Of a stretch of 44,983 nucleotides of DNA, positions 20,201 through 27,684 are shown in pieces. The position numbers and the translations under genes are program-made. The stretch lies in sequence record PP920551.1, one strand, 5' to 3'. Below the pieces are notes generated by a model. It saw only the letters and a program-made list of their open reading frames with translations, did no database searches and was not told where the DNA came from. Numbering within the stretch: position 1 is the stretch's first letter; every line of letters begins with the position of its first letter. The stretch is from Escherichia phage KS_S9.

Positions 20201-20638
20201 GGTGGTAGCGCAACTTACAGCCTTAAGGCTGGCGTGACGTATAACGGGACTTACTATGACGCTGGTATGCAGCTTTCAGTTGTGACGTCTGGCAGCGCGG
20301 TTAAATCTAGTATCGCGTTCAAAGCCGACCAGTTCTATATCATGCACCCGTCAAATGGGTCGCTTTCGTCCGCGTTTATCGTTGACGGCGGGCAGGTGTA
20401 TATTGACACGGCACGCATCAAGGACGCGTCAATCAACTTTGCACAGATCACGGACACGCTGCAATCGAATAACTACGACGGCAGTACGCGTGGTTGGCGC
20501 TTAGGGAAAGACGGAACGTTTATCAACCTGGGGACTGGAAGCGGCGGCGGGATGAAACAGACGAACACAAGAATCAGCGTGAAGGACGGAAACGGCGTTC
20601 TCCGCGTGCAGATTGGTGAGCTTACTGGTAGCTGGTAG
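17219..20638 (+). CDS. Tail tip attachment / host specificity protein (lambda gpJ-like central fibre)
   Basis: 1139 aa; largest tail ORF after the K/I genes, followed by terminator. Confidence 0.85.
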   Translation: MTIIYDVTGHKGGGGKQHTPQETPDSLHSLAKIRILLALGEGEFESITSASELRQRVYLDGTPIQNADLSENFPGARVEFRPGTQHQDVIHGFSAVESEQSVGVKLENGTPWVRQINDTSLDAVRIRIGIPALYTNEDNGDLVGGRIDYKIVVYTDNADPREFRFAAVGKTMSLYERDHRIELPPNVNTGWRVEVHRITADSTSAKVVNDIRVQSITEIIDARLRYPLTALLFVEFDAKAFQNIPRVSIKCKGRKVLIPNNYDPINHTYSGDWDGTFKRAWTDNPAWHWYDICITERFGLGRRIKPQMLNRYALYQIAQRCDQLASDGNGGREIRFKNDMYIQSQTDAWTVLKDLAAIFAGMTWWGNQMLNIVSDQPVAAVSHTITNASVIDGRFDYASGSQKTRYSTFAVAYGNPKNHYEDAIATGQRVELVRRHKINRLDITAIGCTRESEAQRRGHWALISNQLDQQVSFKVGMEGLFFIPGSVVAIADTNISGGFETRGGRLLSDPGTRTVLNTDSEITFRPGDKFLVRTDSGNVETREIASVNGNKVTLKTALDANPIPDQPFCVDGDDIQLQKFRITDLEYDDSTSTFSVRGIEYNDSKYDAVDNGARLDPGIFTQVPDGVMKGPESVTITPSQISSQGQLITNVDIVFPPVKDAVVYEIQWRRTSLQNMEIQWGNDWVNIPRTASNGAHIPNVFSGNYQARVRAIGMGEISSPWVSSAITPVEGRLGGLNAPIITNAISGLHQILWKWNHNNAATDISYTELEVRKTGETEWKFLTNVPYPGAEYAQTSLEFGIYQQLRARVADKIGNLSDWSAPFEGQVSDKVDEYMKGLDDEFLTSEDGKRFQEAINTIPQGIYEAMLTDAQQLFNARAEYKGIYAEISVAYNVAADAHKAVAQLETLIGTRLDDAEAAIHTLQTAQSTQEQAFAQYQQTVAAKFSEQEAAIQQVQTATADVAGALAEYKTHVAAQFGQQSAAIEQKMTSSFNHSGGSATYSLKAGVTYNGTYYDAGMQLSVVTSGSAVKSSIAFKADQFYIMHPSNGSLSSAFIVDGGQVYIDTARIKDASINFAQITDTLQSNNYDGSTRGWRLGKDGTFINLGTGSGGGMKQTNTRISVKDGNGVLRVQIGELTGSW

Positions 20639-20641
20639 TAT

Positions 20642-20661
20642 GGGGGCTTCGGCCCCTTTTT
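20642..20661 (+). terminator. Intrinsic terminator after J-like gene
   Basis: GGGGC-ttcg-GCCCC followed by TTTTT. Confidence 0.55.
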
Positions 20662-20674
20662 AACGAGGTTATTT

Positions 20675-20977
20675 ATGGCATTCGGTATCGCAACGTGGGA
20701 CGCGCAAGGACGCCCAAACAACTACGGCATTAAACCGGTAAGCGTGATCGGAAGGATTCATCTTGCGGAAGGACAAAAATCAGGCGCATGGTCATTCCCT
20801 GTACCGGCGGGGATGAAGGTCGGATACGTGGTCGCACTGGATAAAGGCGCGGTCGGGCCAGGACGCAGAATCACCGCCAGCGGGAACACTATCACGGTTT
20901 CCGCAGCAAGTGAGGTTGGTGGCGGGGTTTACTCCGCATCTGAATGTGACGTTATTGTTTTTGTGGAGCGAGCATAA
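20675..20977 (+). CDS. Hypothetical protein
   Basis: 100 aa, GAGG RBS, ATG 20675; downstream of J-like gene; no signal peptide seen. Confidence 0.45.
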   Translation: MAFGIATWDAQGRPNNYGIKPVSVIGRIHLAEGQKSGAWSFPVPAGMKVGYVVALDKGAVGPGRRITASGNTITVSAASEVGGGVYSASECDVIVFVERA

Positions 20978-21651
20978 TGGCTAATTACGGCGCGTTGATT
21001 GACTTACCAAACGGCAACCCGTTTATCACGCCAGAATCGACGCCGTTTTGTCTATTCCGCCGTGTGGTTGTTGGGTCTTCGGCTAACGGCACTGCGCAGT
21101 CGGCGGCTGCCGATATTAATTTGGGAGGTGACTACCCTGCAATAGCGTTTGTGAAAACTACGCACACCGCCCAGCCGACCGTCGTAGGGTCTTCTCGCGT
21201 TGGTAATGTGGTGAAGGTGAGCGCCAGCAATCCATTCAGGCAGGGCTTCACGATGACGGCTTACATCTTTGCTATATTCCCACAGACCCTTCCGCGGTGG
21301 GGCTTCGCTATCTGGGATAAGACGGGGAAGCTAGTGCTTACTAATGAGAGTCGCGTACTAAGTGATTTAGTTACCGTCGGATCGCCAGGCGCTAACGGGG
21401 GGATTAACATTGACCAGACGCTAAACGGCAGCTACGCCGTCGCTCCGGGCATATTGGGGTCTACGCTGATCCGGTTTTTTGTGCAGGGCCAGCCGCAAGT
21501 AATATCAGTAACGGCGTACACGGGGGCCAGATTTGATGGGTCGCGAACGCGTATATCGGCAGCGTCGTCGGGGAACGCCACGGGGGGTGTGGTGGGGTAT
21601 ACTAACAACGGCAACGCGATTATGGCGATTAACACCGCCAATTATGATTGA
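20977..21651 (+). CDS. Hypothetical protein (possible tail-associated)
   Basis: 224 aa, TAATG overlap with preceding gene; Gly/Ser/Thr-rich; no family recognised. Confidence 0.45.
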   Translation: MANYGALIDLPNGNPFITPESTPFCLFRRVVVGSSANGTAQSAAADINLGGDYPAIAFVKTTHTAQPTVVGSSRVGNVVKVSASNPFRQGFTMTAYIFAIFPQTLPRWGFAIWDKTGKLVLTNESRVLSDLVTVGSPGANGGINIDQTLNGSYAVAPGILGSTLIRFFVQGQPQVISVTAYTGARFDGSRTRISAASSGNATGGVVGYTNNGNAIMAINTANYD

Positions 21652-21653
21652 AG

Positions 21654-21676
21654 AAAGCCCCGAAAGGGGCTTATTT
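21654..21676. terminator. Bidirectional terminator between 20977..21651 (+) and lipoprotein gene (-)
   Basis: AAGCCCC-gaaa-GGGGCTT hairpin, T-rich on both sides. Confidence 0.5.
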
Positions 21677-21889
21677 GCAGGTTGTGCTTTTGAAGTGGTC
21701 GACCGACACATACTGGAAGTTGAACGGATACCCAGCCTTGAGCATTTTGTGTCCACTAAAGTCGGCAACCCCAAACACCGGGACCGAGTATTCCATGCCG
21801 CTATTAACATATGTCGCGTCGCAGACTTTAGTCGGCATGTTGGCACAACCAGACAAAAGAACCGCACAAATCATAATTAAAGTTTTCAT
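21671..21889 (-). CDS. Small outer-membrane lipoprotein, Cor-like superinfection exclusion candidate
   Basis: 72 aa from ATG 21889 (GGGGA RBS): signal peptide MKTLIMICAVLLSGC with lipobox LSGC; opposite strand, between tail-tip genes and tail fibre. Confidence 0.55.
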   Translation of the reverse strand: MKTLIMICAVLLSGCANMPTKVCDATYVNSGMEYSVPVFGVADFSGHKMLKAGYPFNFQYVSVDHFKSTTCK

Positions 21890-21969
21890 GGTATCATCCC
21901 CTATATTTGGTTGAGTTTTAGTATTACACCGCTCAACCAGGATTGCAACCAATTTAAGAGGATTTAGCT

Positions 21970-24135
21970 ATGGCAGCGGGTACGCTATCCGTAACGAACA
22001 ACAGCAAGGCGGTAGTAGGAGTCGGCACAACGTTTACCGCGTTCAAGGCTGGCGACTTCTTATCGCTGGTGGTGGGGCAAGTGCCTTACACCGTGGCGAT
22101 CGCATCAATTGAAAGTAACACGGCGCTTACGCTGGTGCTGCCGTTCGACGGCCCAACGGCAACCGGCCTCGCGTGGGATGGCGTTAAGCGCGATACCATG
22201 TCGCTGGCGACGATGGGCGTTACCGTACAGGCCCAAAAAGCATTGCGCTTGATGATTGCAGACGAAAACAACTGGCGTGCAATCTTCGGTGACGCTGAAG
22301 AAATCACAGTGACGTTACCTAACGGGCAAGTCATGCAGGGGATGTCATGGGGCTACCTGTCGGAATTGCTTAAGAACGTAGACCCCGTTGAGATGCGCGA
22401 CCTCGCAGCGCAAGCCGAAGCATCGAAATCCGCAGCGCAAGGATTTCGGGATGAGGCCGAGGAGTGGGCGCAAAGCGTTAACGCGGATAACCTGCTAACC
22501 AAATCCGGCAACCTGGCAGGACTCACCGACAAACCGCAAGCCTGGCTTAACGTTCGACCAGACGGGGCAACGCCATTGGCGGGCGACCCTGTAGGTGACT
22601 ACGACGCCGCGACAAAGCGCTGGGTGCAGAACCTTATCAACGGGGGCACGGTTGGCCCTACAATGAACGGCGTCATGAACTATGGCGTAGGCGACTTCCA
22701 TTTACGGGACAGCCGCGCGTATATTCAACCTTACGAAGTCGTATCCGACGGGCAACTTCTTAACCGCGCGGATTGGCCTGAGTTGTGGGCGTATGCGCAA
22801 ATGCTGTCGCCAATTAGTGACGCTACCTGGCTGGCTAACCCAAATCAGCGCGGCAAGTATTCTACGGGTGACGGCACAACGACCTTCCGAGTGCCCGACC
22901 GTAACGGCGTTCAGCCTGGGTCCATATTCGGCTTGTTCGGCAGGGGTGACGGCGGGCAAAGTGGCAACGATGGGTATATCTACGAATCAGGAGCACCTAA
23001 CATCACCGGCCGCATCGAGATACACGGCGGCGGGGCCGCGAGTATTATCAACCTTGAAAGTGGCGCGTTCCAGGGGGCCGGCGGTGCGGCTTCGCAATAT
23101 CGATCGCCAGGCGGGCTAACTGTTAGTAACGGCGCTGTCTCCTACGGCGTCATTAACATGGACGCCTCGAAGGTCAGCGCGATCTATGGCCGGACCGTAT
23201 CGGAGTTGCGCCCGAATAACTTCATGGGCGTGTGGGTGATCCGCGCATCTGGTGGATTTGTTGCCGCGAATACGTCGTGGTCAGTAATCAACGGCGACGC
23301 CACTAAACCACCAGCGGGCACTACGGTAGACGGCGGAAGCATTGTGTCTGAATACCGTGTTGGTACTTCTTTACACGCGGAAGCAAAGCTGCGCGTACGT
23401 GCGAATATCGACGGTGAGACTTACGCCCGCCTGGCGATCACTAACCTGGAGACGGCGCAGAGTTCTGGCATCGACTTTAACACCAAAGGCGAGATGACCT
23501 TGCCGGGCAAGTTTACGGTGAACAGTTCAGGGTCAGATGTCGTCGGCAGTCTGACAGTCAGCCGGGGGGCATACATACAAATAGGGATGCGACCATATTA
23601 CACCGTAGGCGACCCTGTGCCGGATGACGTTGTGGGCGGCCAGACGTTCTTCGAACCGGCACTAGATAAGTCTGGCACTCGATATTTTCGCCTGTTTATG
23701 CGACGTAAGGATGGGAACCGTACCGGCGAAATTATGCTTAACTTCCCGACTACCGCATCGGGGACTATCGCGCTGCAAGGCACATCAGGCCGCGAGTATA
23801 AGAAAGATATTGCCGATGCGGACGCAAGCGAGGCTATGGACCGCATTAACGGCCAGCGCCTTGTTAACTTCGTGTATAAGGATGATGAGCAGGCCCGCCA
23901 GCGCTTCGGTATTATCGCCGAGGAAGCGGAGTTAATTGCGCCGCAGTACGTTAAACACCACGAGTTCCCGATCGAGGATATTCTCGACGAAGACGGCAAC
24001 AAGATCGGGGAGAAGATGACGGACCGCCCATCCATCGACGTTAACCCGATCGTAATGGACTTGATGGGGTGTGTTCAATATCTCAATAAGCAGGTGGAGG
24101 ATTTGAAGGCCGAGATCGCGGCGTTGAAGAAATAA
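21970..24135 (+). CDS. Tail fibre protein with C-terminal intramolecular chaperone (peptidase S74-like) domain
   Basis: 721 aa; Gly-rich middle; C-terminal ~115 aa start near SGREYKKDI, resembling the autocleavage motif of fibre chaperone domains; AAGAGG RBS. Confidence 0.75.
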   Translation: MAAGTLSVTNNSKAVVGVGTTFTAFKAGDFLSLVVGQVPYTVAIASIESNTALTLVLPFDGPTATGLAWDGVKRDTMSLATMGVTVQAQKALRLMIADENNWRAIFGDAEEITVTLPNGQVMQGMSWGYLSELLKNVDPVEMRDLAAQAEASKSAAQGFRDEAEEWAQSVNADNLLTKSGNLAGLTDKPQAWLNVRPDGATPLAGDPVGDYDAATKRWVQNLINGGTVGPTMNGVMNYGVGDFHLRDSRAYIQPYEVVSDGQLLNRADWPELWAYAQMLSPISDATWLANPNQRGKYSTGDGTTTFRVPDRNGVQPGSIFGLFGRGDGGQSGNDGYIYESGAPNITGRIEIHGGGAASIINLESGAFQGAGGAASQYRSPGGLTVSNGAVSYGVINMDASKVSAIYGRTVSELRPNNFMGVWVIRASGGFVAANTSWSVINGDATKPPAGTTVDGGSIVSEYRVGTSLHAEAKLRVRANIDGETYARLAITNLETAQSSGIDFNTKGEMTLPGKFTVNSSGSDVVGSLTVSRGAYIQIGMRPYYTVGDPVPDDVVGGQTFFEPALDKSGTRYFRLFMRRKDGNRTGEIMLNFPTTASGTIALQGTSGREYKKDIADADASEAMDRINGQRLVNFVYKDDEQARQRFGIIAEEAELIAPQYVKHHEFPIEDILDEDGNKIGEKMTDRPSIDVNPIVMDLMGCVQYLNKQVEDLKAEIAALKK

Positions 24136-24141
24136 ATAGAA

Positions 24142-24162
24142 GGGGCCATGCGGCCCCTTTTT
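24142..24162. terminator. Bidirectional terminator after tail fibre / end of minus-strand unit
   Basis: GGGGCC-atgc-GGCCCC followed by TTTTT; on the minus strand the hairpin is followed by a T-rich run after stop of gene 24163..24738. Confidence 0.55.
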
Positions 24163-24738
24163 CTAGTTTGAGTTTTCCCAGTCCATTTTGCGCCGCACCA
24201 ACGGGCTTTCGTAATACTCCTTTCCCTCCACTTCCACTAAGGGCCAGTCATTAACAATGACGTATGGTTCCGCGATATCTTCAATAACTCCGTGCGCGCT
24301 TTGTGGCCCGAACGATACGCCCACCAGGATAACACCGGCAACTCTACGGGTGAGATATTCGCGAGCGCAACGTGCTTCCACCAATCCGCGACGGATGCCG
24401 CTGGTGGCCTTAACCTCGTAGGTCCAGACGGCATCGATCACATGCTCGCGGAAGTCGGGGCCGGATTTAACCTTGCGCTTACCGACCATGATAATATCGC
24501 CGCGGTCAATGGTATTGGCGCTAAACAGGCCGGTACGCATAAGCAAACCTTGCGGGATGCAACTACGCCCACCCGCCTGCCCTTCAAGGTACATGCCTGC
24601 AAACATTTCGCCCAGCACACCGACCAGTCGGCTTTGCTTGCACGCGTCAGACTTTAAGCGCCACTGATAAAACTCGATGCTTGCTATCATTGCCGCCAGG
24701 TGGAATTGTTTACCGGTTATTTCATATTCGCCGTACAT
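24163..24738 (-). CDS. Hypothetical protein, possible PD-(D/E)xK-type nuclease
   Basis: 191 aa, GAGGA RBS; segment SGPDF...(14 aa)...YEVK matches a PD-x(n)-E-x-K spacing; weak motif-only call. Confidence 0.4.
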   Translation of the reverse strand: MYGEYEITGKQFHLAAMIASIEFYQWRLKSDACKQSRLVGVLGEMFAGMYLEGQAGGRSCIPQGLLMRTGLFSANTIDRGDIIMVGKRKVKSGPDFREHVIDAVWTYEVKATSGIRRGLVEARCAREYLTRRVAGVILVGVSFGPQSAHGVIEDIAEPYVIVNDWPLVEVEGKEYYESPLVRRKMDWENSN

Positions 24739-24780
24739 TGTGAAGTCCTCATTGCTGCGGGCCGAAGCCCGCTATTTGAA

Positions 24781-25374
24781 TTATTTAAGTGCGCTAGTCA
24801 CCAGTGTTTTTTCCATGTTGCGGAAGTCTTCCGGCGTCATGAGAATTTTGGACCCGTCTTCGCCAGTGAGCACGACCATAGGCTGGACTTCTTGATCTGC
24901 CACACCGAAATTGGCAGCTTTAACCGTCTTCCCGAACGAGGCTACCGTATCCTCGGCAACGCGCATTGCGCTGTTATATGCATTAATCTCGCCATCCAGG
25001 AGCACGGACATGTCCGAAGGCTTCCACGTGCCGTCGGTGGCGAGGGGCCAACCCTTGAGGCTGTCGAATTGTGCTGCCGTTGTATCGATCTGAATCTCGT
25101 CATGCACGGTCGTGTAGGATTCGCCCAGCAGTGCGGCATATGCTACCAGGTCAACGATGTTATCGTCCTGGTGCTTTCGGTGCTGGCGTACCAGCTTCAG
25201 GCAGATCAGGAAGGTCCAGGCTTCTTGCTCGGTAAGGTCGCGACCGGTAAGCGCGTTAAACACGGCAGCGATCTGCTTAGCACTGCGTTCTTCTTTCGCG
25301 TTGTCATAGCCATTCTCTTTCCCGCGCTGTTCCATAGTGGCGGCGGCGTTTTTGCAGTATTCGTATGCTTTCAT
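24781..25374 (-). CDS. Hypothetical protein (DUF6378-like N-terminal domain)
   Basis: 197 aa; N-terminal region (SAKQIAAVFNALTGRDLTEQEAWTFLICLKLVRQ) resembles a phage domain of unknown function; own promoter upstream. Confidence 0.5.
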   Translation of the reverse strand: MKAYEYCKNAAATMEQRGKENGYDNAKEERSAKQIAAVFNALTGRDLTEQEAWTFLICLKLVRQHRKHQDDNIVDLVAYAALLGESYTTVHDEIQIDTTAAQFDSLKGWPLATDGTWKPSDMSVLLDGEINAYNSAMRVAEDTVASFGKTVKAANFGVADQEVQPMVVLTGEDGSKILMTPEDFRNMEKTLVTSALK

Positions 25375-25416
25375 GATGTTTTTCCTTTAGCGGGGCCGTA
25401 TTGCCCCGACGAGTTA

Positions 25417-25446
25417 AATATAATGCAACCAACCTATTGGTTGCAA
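25417..25446 (-). promoter_or_regulatory. Sigma70-like promoter overlapping perfect palindrome TGCAACCAA-ccta-TTGGTTGCA
   Basis: On minus strand TTGCAA-N18-TATATT; palindrome 25424-25445 straddles the stop of the HAD-like gene; leader hairpin CGGGGC-N6-GCCCCG at 25391-25408. Confidence 0.45.
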
Positions 25447-25904
25447 GTGAATTTTGCAACGTTAATTGCGTAAATTTTCGGGACCAGATCGCTGCACGCC
25501 CGACGAATTGCCGCGATGTTCTTCGGGCAGTCCTCAATGATGACCAGTTCAGACACGTCCGCGTAGCAGACCATTTTGAACACGGCGCACGCCTTAAACT
25601 CAGGCGGTGGGGTGTCGTCCAACATGTGGCGCATAAACAACCGACCTACAGGGAAGACCTTCAGTTGCTCGGCGGTGGTGTCCCAACATTCGCGCTGCCG
25701 GTTTGTCAGATACGCTATCTCGAAGCCTTGCTCTTTGTACATGCGCAGCAGCGGCAGCATATCCATGTTCAGGTCTTCGCGGACGTGCGCTTTGTGCCAC
25801 TTTGCCCAAAAGGTTGATTTCGTTTTTATCCCCGGCACCAGGTCGGCACGCGCGTCGCTTGAACCGTTAATAACGCCATCCAGATCACAAATCAGTAGTT
25901 TCAT
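25434..25904 (-). CDS. HAD-superfamily phosphatase-like protein
   Basis: 156 aa; N-terminal MKLLICDLDGVI matches HAD motif I (DxDG); GAGGAG RBS; ATGA-coupled to upstream gene. Confidence 0.55.
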   Translation of the reverse strand: MKLLICDLDGVINGSSDARADLVPGIKTKSTFWAKWHKAHVREDLNMDMLPLLRMYKEQGFEIAYLTNRQRECWDTTAEQLKVFPVGRLFMRHMLDDTPPPEFKACAVFKMVCYADVSELVIIEDCPKNIAAIRRACSDLVPKIYAINVAKFTCNQ

Positions 25905-26125
25905 TTCAACTCCTCGATAAGATTCGTACGAACAATACGGGCGGAAAACGTGTCACACACAAGATGACAGCGGGCCGTCATTACAAGCCAGCCGGTAAGG
26001 TCCAGGCCGAGCAATTGCTCCGGGCGGCTGACCCGCCGTACTTTGTTCTCCCTCGGGTTAATTTGGTAGCGTTTAACAATTTCGTCCACGACGCGCATAC
26101 TGCGGTCAACGATTAAGATATTCAT
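25901..26125 (-). CDS. Hypothetical protein
   Basis: 74 aa from ATG 26125 (ORF-track GTG at 26134 also possible); translationally coupled to downstream gene. Confidence 0.4.
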   Translation of the reverse strand: MNILIVDRSMRVVDEIVKRYQINPRENKVRRVSRPEQLLGLDLTGWLVMTARCHLVCDTFSARIVRTNLIEELK

Positions 26126-26591
26126 GTAACTCACTCTCGCTCATTATTTCAATTTGTGCGCTGCCGATTGGTGGCGCTTCGTCAAAGATTATCAATTGCT
26201 GGCACTTGTTATTGCTCGGCCCGACTTCACCGGTGACGGCGTGAATGAATCTAATCCGCCAGTCCAGAAGAATTATCAGGTTTGCAGTCTTCCGGGCCAG
26301 CCTCGCCCACTTCGTCGACGTGTCCTGATTCAGTAGCATGACAGTCCGGCGACCGTGCGCTGCGCATTCCACCCACGGCAGCGGGTCGGAATACGGCGGA
26401 TTGCACCACTTCCACCCTTTCAACTCGGACCAGTCCACATCAAGCGCGCTGTGTTCCGCCGTGAAGTAACGCGGTAGCAGGTGGTTTGCATCGCTTGCCG
26501 CCATATCGTAACGGAATCGGTACTTCCGACGAAGCGGTTTAAATAAAGCTGGCGGCGTGCGCCAGCTATCTTTTTGCTCACTCTTCTGCAT
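26106..26591 (-). CDS. DNA N6-adenine methyltransferase (phage Dam family)
   Basis: 161 aa; WRTPPALF near N-terminus, DMAASDAN and NPPYS (motif IV-like) match the small phage Dam family pattern. Confidence 0.8.
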   Translation of the reverse strand: MQKSEQKDSWRTPPALFKPLRRKYRFRYDMAASDANHLLPRYFTAEHSALDVDWSELKGWKWCNPPYSDPLPWVECAAHGRRTVMLLNQDTSTKWARLARKTANLIILLDWRIRFIHAVTGEVGPSNNKCQQLIIFDEAPPIGSAQIEIMSESELHEYLNR

Positions 26592-27036
26592 GATCTGGAT
26601 CTATCGCGTACAGGGCAATTTTCTTGTCGCTGGACAGAACGCGCCGGACTCGGGCCATATCCGCCGGACCCAGCGGTCGGCCATCGGAATAGTAGCTGCC
26701 GTTAGCACGCCACGCTATCAGCACCAGATCTTTCCGGTCGATCTTAGACTGGCGGCCCTTCGGGCGCACGTATTCCTCGGCCCGTTTGCAATGCTCGCGA
26801 AGACCTTCGGCAGTGATGCGGTTTAGTGCAACGCTGGTTGTGTATCCGGTGCGCTGCATAATCCCCATCAATTCGAAAAGCAGTTCGAAGCGCTCCTCTA
26901 GCTCCTGGCGCACTTTCTTCTCACCTTCATATAGCGCCTGTTTGGTGTCCGCCAGCGCGTTCGCACGTTCGGCCTGTTCGCGGGCTTCGAGGCATTGCGC
27001 GGCCCAGTAATTTTTCTCTTCTTGTAAAATTTTCAT
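26578..27036 (-). CDS. Hypothetical protein with N-terminal coiled coil
   Basis: 152 aa, GGAGA RBS; E/R/A-rich N-terminal helix; no family recognised. Confidence 0.45.
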   Translation of the reverse strand: MKILQEEKNYWAAQCLEAREQAERANALADTKQALYEGEKKVRQELEERFELLFELMGIMQRTGYTTSVALNRITAEGLREHCKRAEEYVRPKGRQSKIDRKDLVLIAWRANGSYYSDGRPLGPADMARVRRVLSSDKKIALYAIDPDHAEE

Positions 27037-27279
27037 TTATTTAATCTCCGTAGTGCGGATTTCCTTGCGCGGAATAAATTTGCCGTCTTTCTCGACCCAG
27101 CAAGTTCCGTAACGCCATTGGGTATTACGGCCTGTTTGCTCGGCATATACGGTCTTGCATTCGTAGCGTTCCGTGTAGTAAATAGCCGCGGTAGGTACGA
27201 AAATACAAACGGCAAACATGAGGGTGAGTATCACCCAAAATCGAAGGTCGCCGTCGTAGTCGAAAAATAATGATCTCAT
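27037..27279 (-). CDS. Small membrane protein (one TM segment)
   Basis: 80 aa, GGAGA RBS; hydrophobic segment FWVILTLMFAVCIFVPTAAIYY; first gene after promoter at 27327-27355. Confidence 0.45.
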   Translation of the reverse strand: MRSLFFDYDGDLRFWVILTLMFAVCIFVPTAAIYYTERYECKTVYAEQTGRNTQWRYGTCWVEKDGKFIPRKEIRTTEIK

Positions 27280-27326
27280 TGTGTCGTCTCCGGGTATTAA
27301 AAAGGGCGTCCAAACCGGACACCCTC

Positions 27327-27355
27327 AATATAATGCAACCAATCTAATTATGCAA
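27327..27355 (-). promoter_or_regulatory. Sigma70-like promoter with tandem ATTGGTTGCA motif
   Basis: On minus strand TTGCAT-N17-TATATT; two direct motif copies 17 bp apart. Confidence 0.45.
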
Positions 27356-27360
27356 CCAAT

Positions 27361-27684
27361 TTACGAATAAAAATTTGGGTCGCGTGCAACGTCTACCAGA
27401 TACAGATTGCTGATTCGGTTGCCGTAGTGGCCTGGTGTTCGCTGGCGGCACACAACGGCGTAGCCTGGAGGAATTGTATTGCCGGTCGCGATAATCCACG
27501 CCACGCGTGCGCCAGACAGCGTCTTTCCGTTGCATTCGATACGTGTTCCGCCGTCGGCAGTATTGATGTTGCCAATCTTGCAGCCGGTGGACTTCAGACG
27601 AATGACGCCGGTTTTGCTGTCGTAGGAGAATAACTGGTTAGTCATTGCGACCGAAAAGTCGATGGCTTCGAATGTCGTATTCAT
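27361..27684 (-). CDS. HNH-family endonuclease-like protein (possibly catalytically degenerate)
   Basis: 107 aa; LFSYDSKTGVIRLK...GYAVV...GNRISNLYLV matches the layout of phage HNH homing endonucleases, but the His of the HNH triad appears replaced (VVCRQ). Confidence 0.5.
   Translation of the reverse strand: MNTTFEAIDFSVAMTNQLFSYDSKTGVIRLKSTGCKIGNINTADGGTRIECNGKTLSGARVAWIIATGNTIPPGYAVVCRQRTPGHYGNRISNLYLVDVARDPNFYS

Noticed and set aside
24756-24771. Hairpin GCGGGC-cgaa-GCCCGC as intrinsic terminator
   Set aside because: On the minus strand it is not followed by a T-run and sits between two co-oriented genes just before an RBS; more likely an RNA-stability or processing hairpin.
24700-25473. 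257-aa plus-strand ORF
   Set aside because: Antisense to gene 24781..25374 and crosses the promoter/palindrome region; no RBS.
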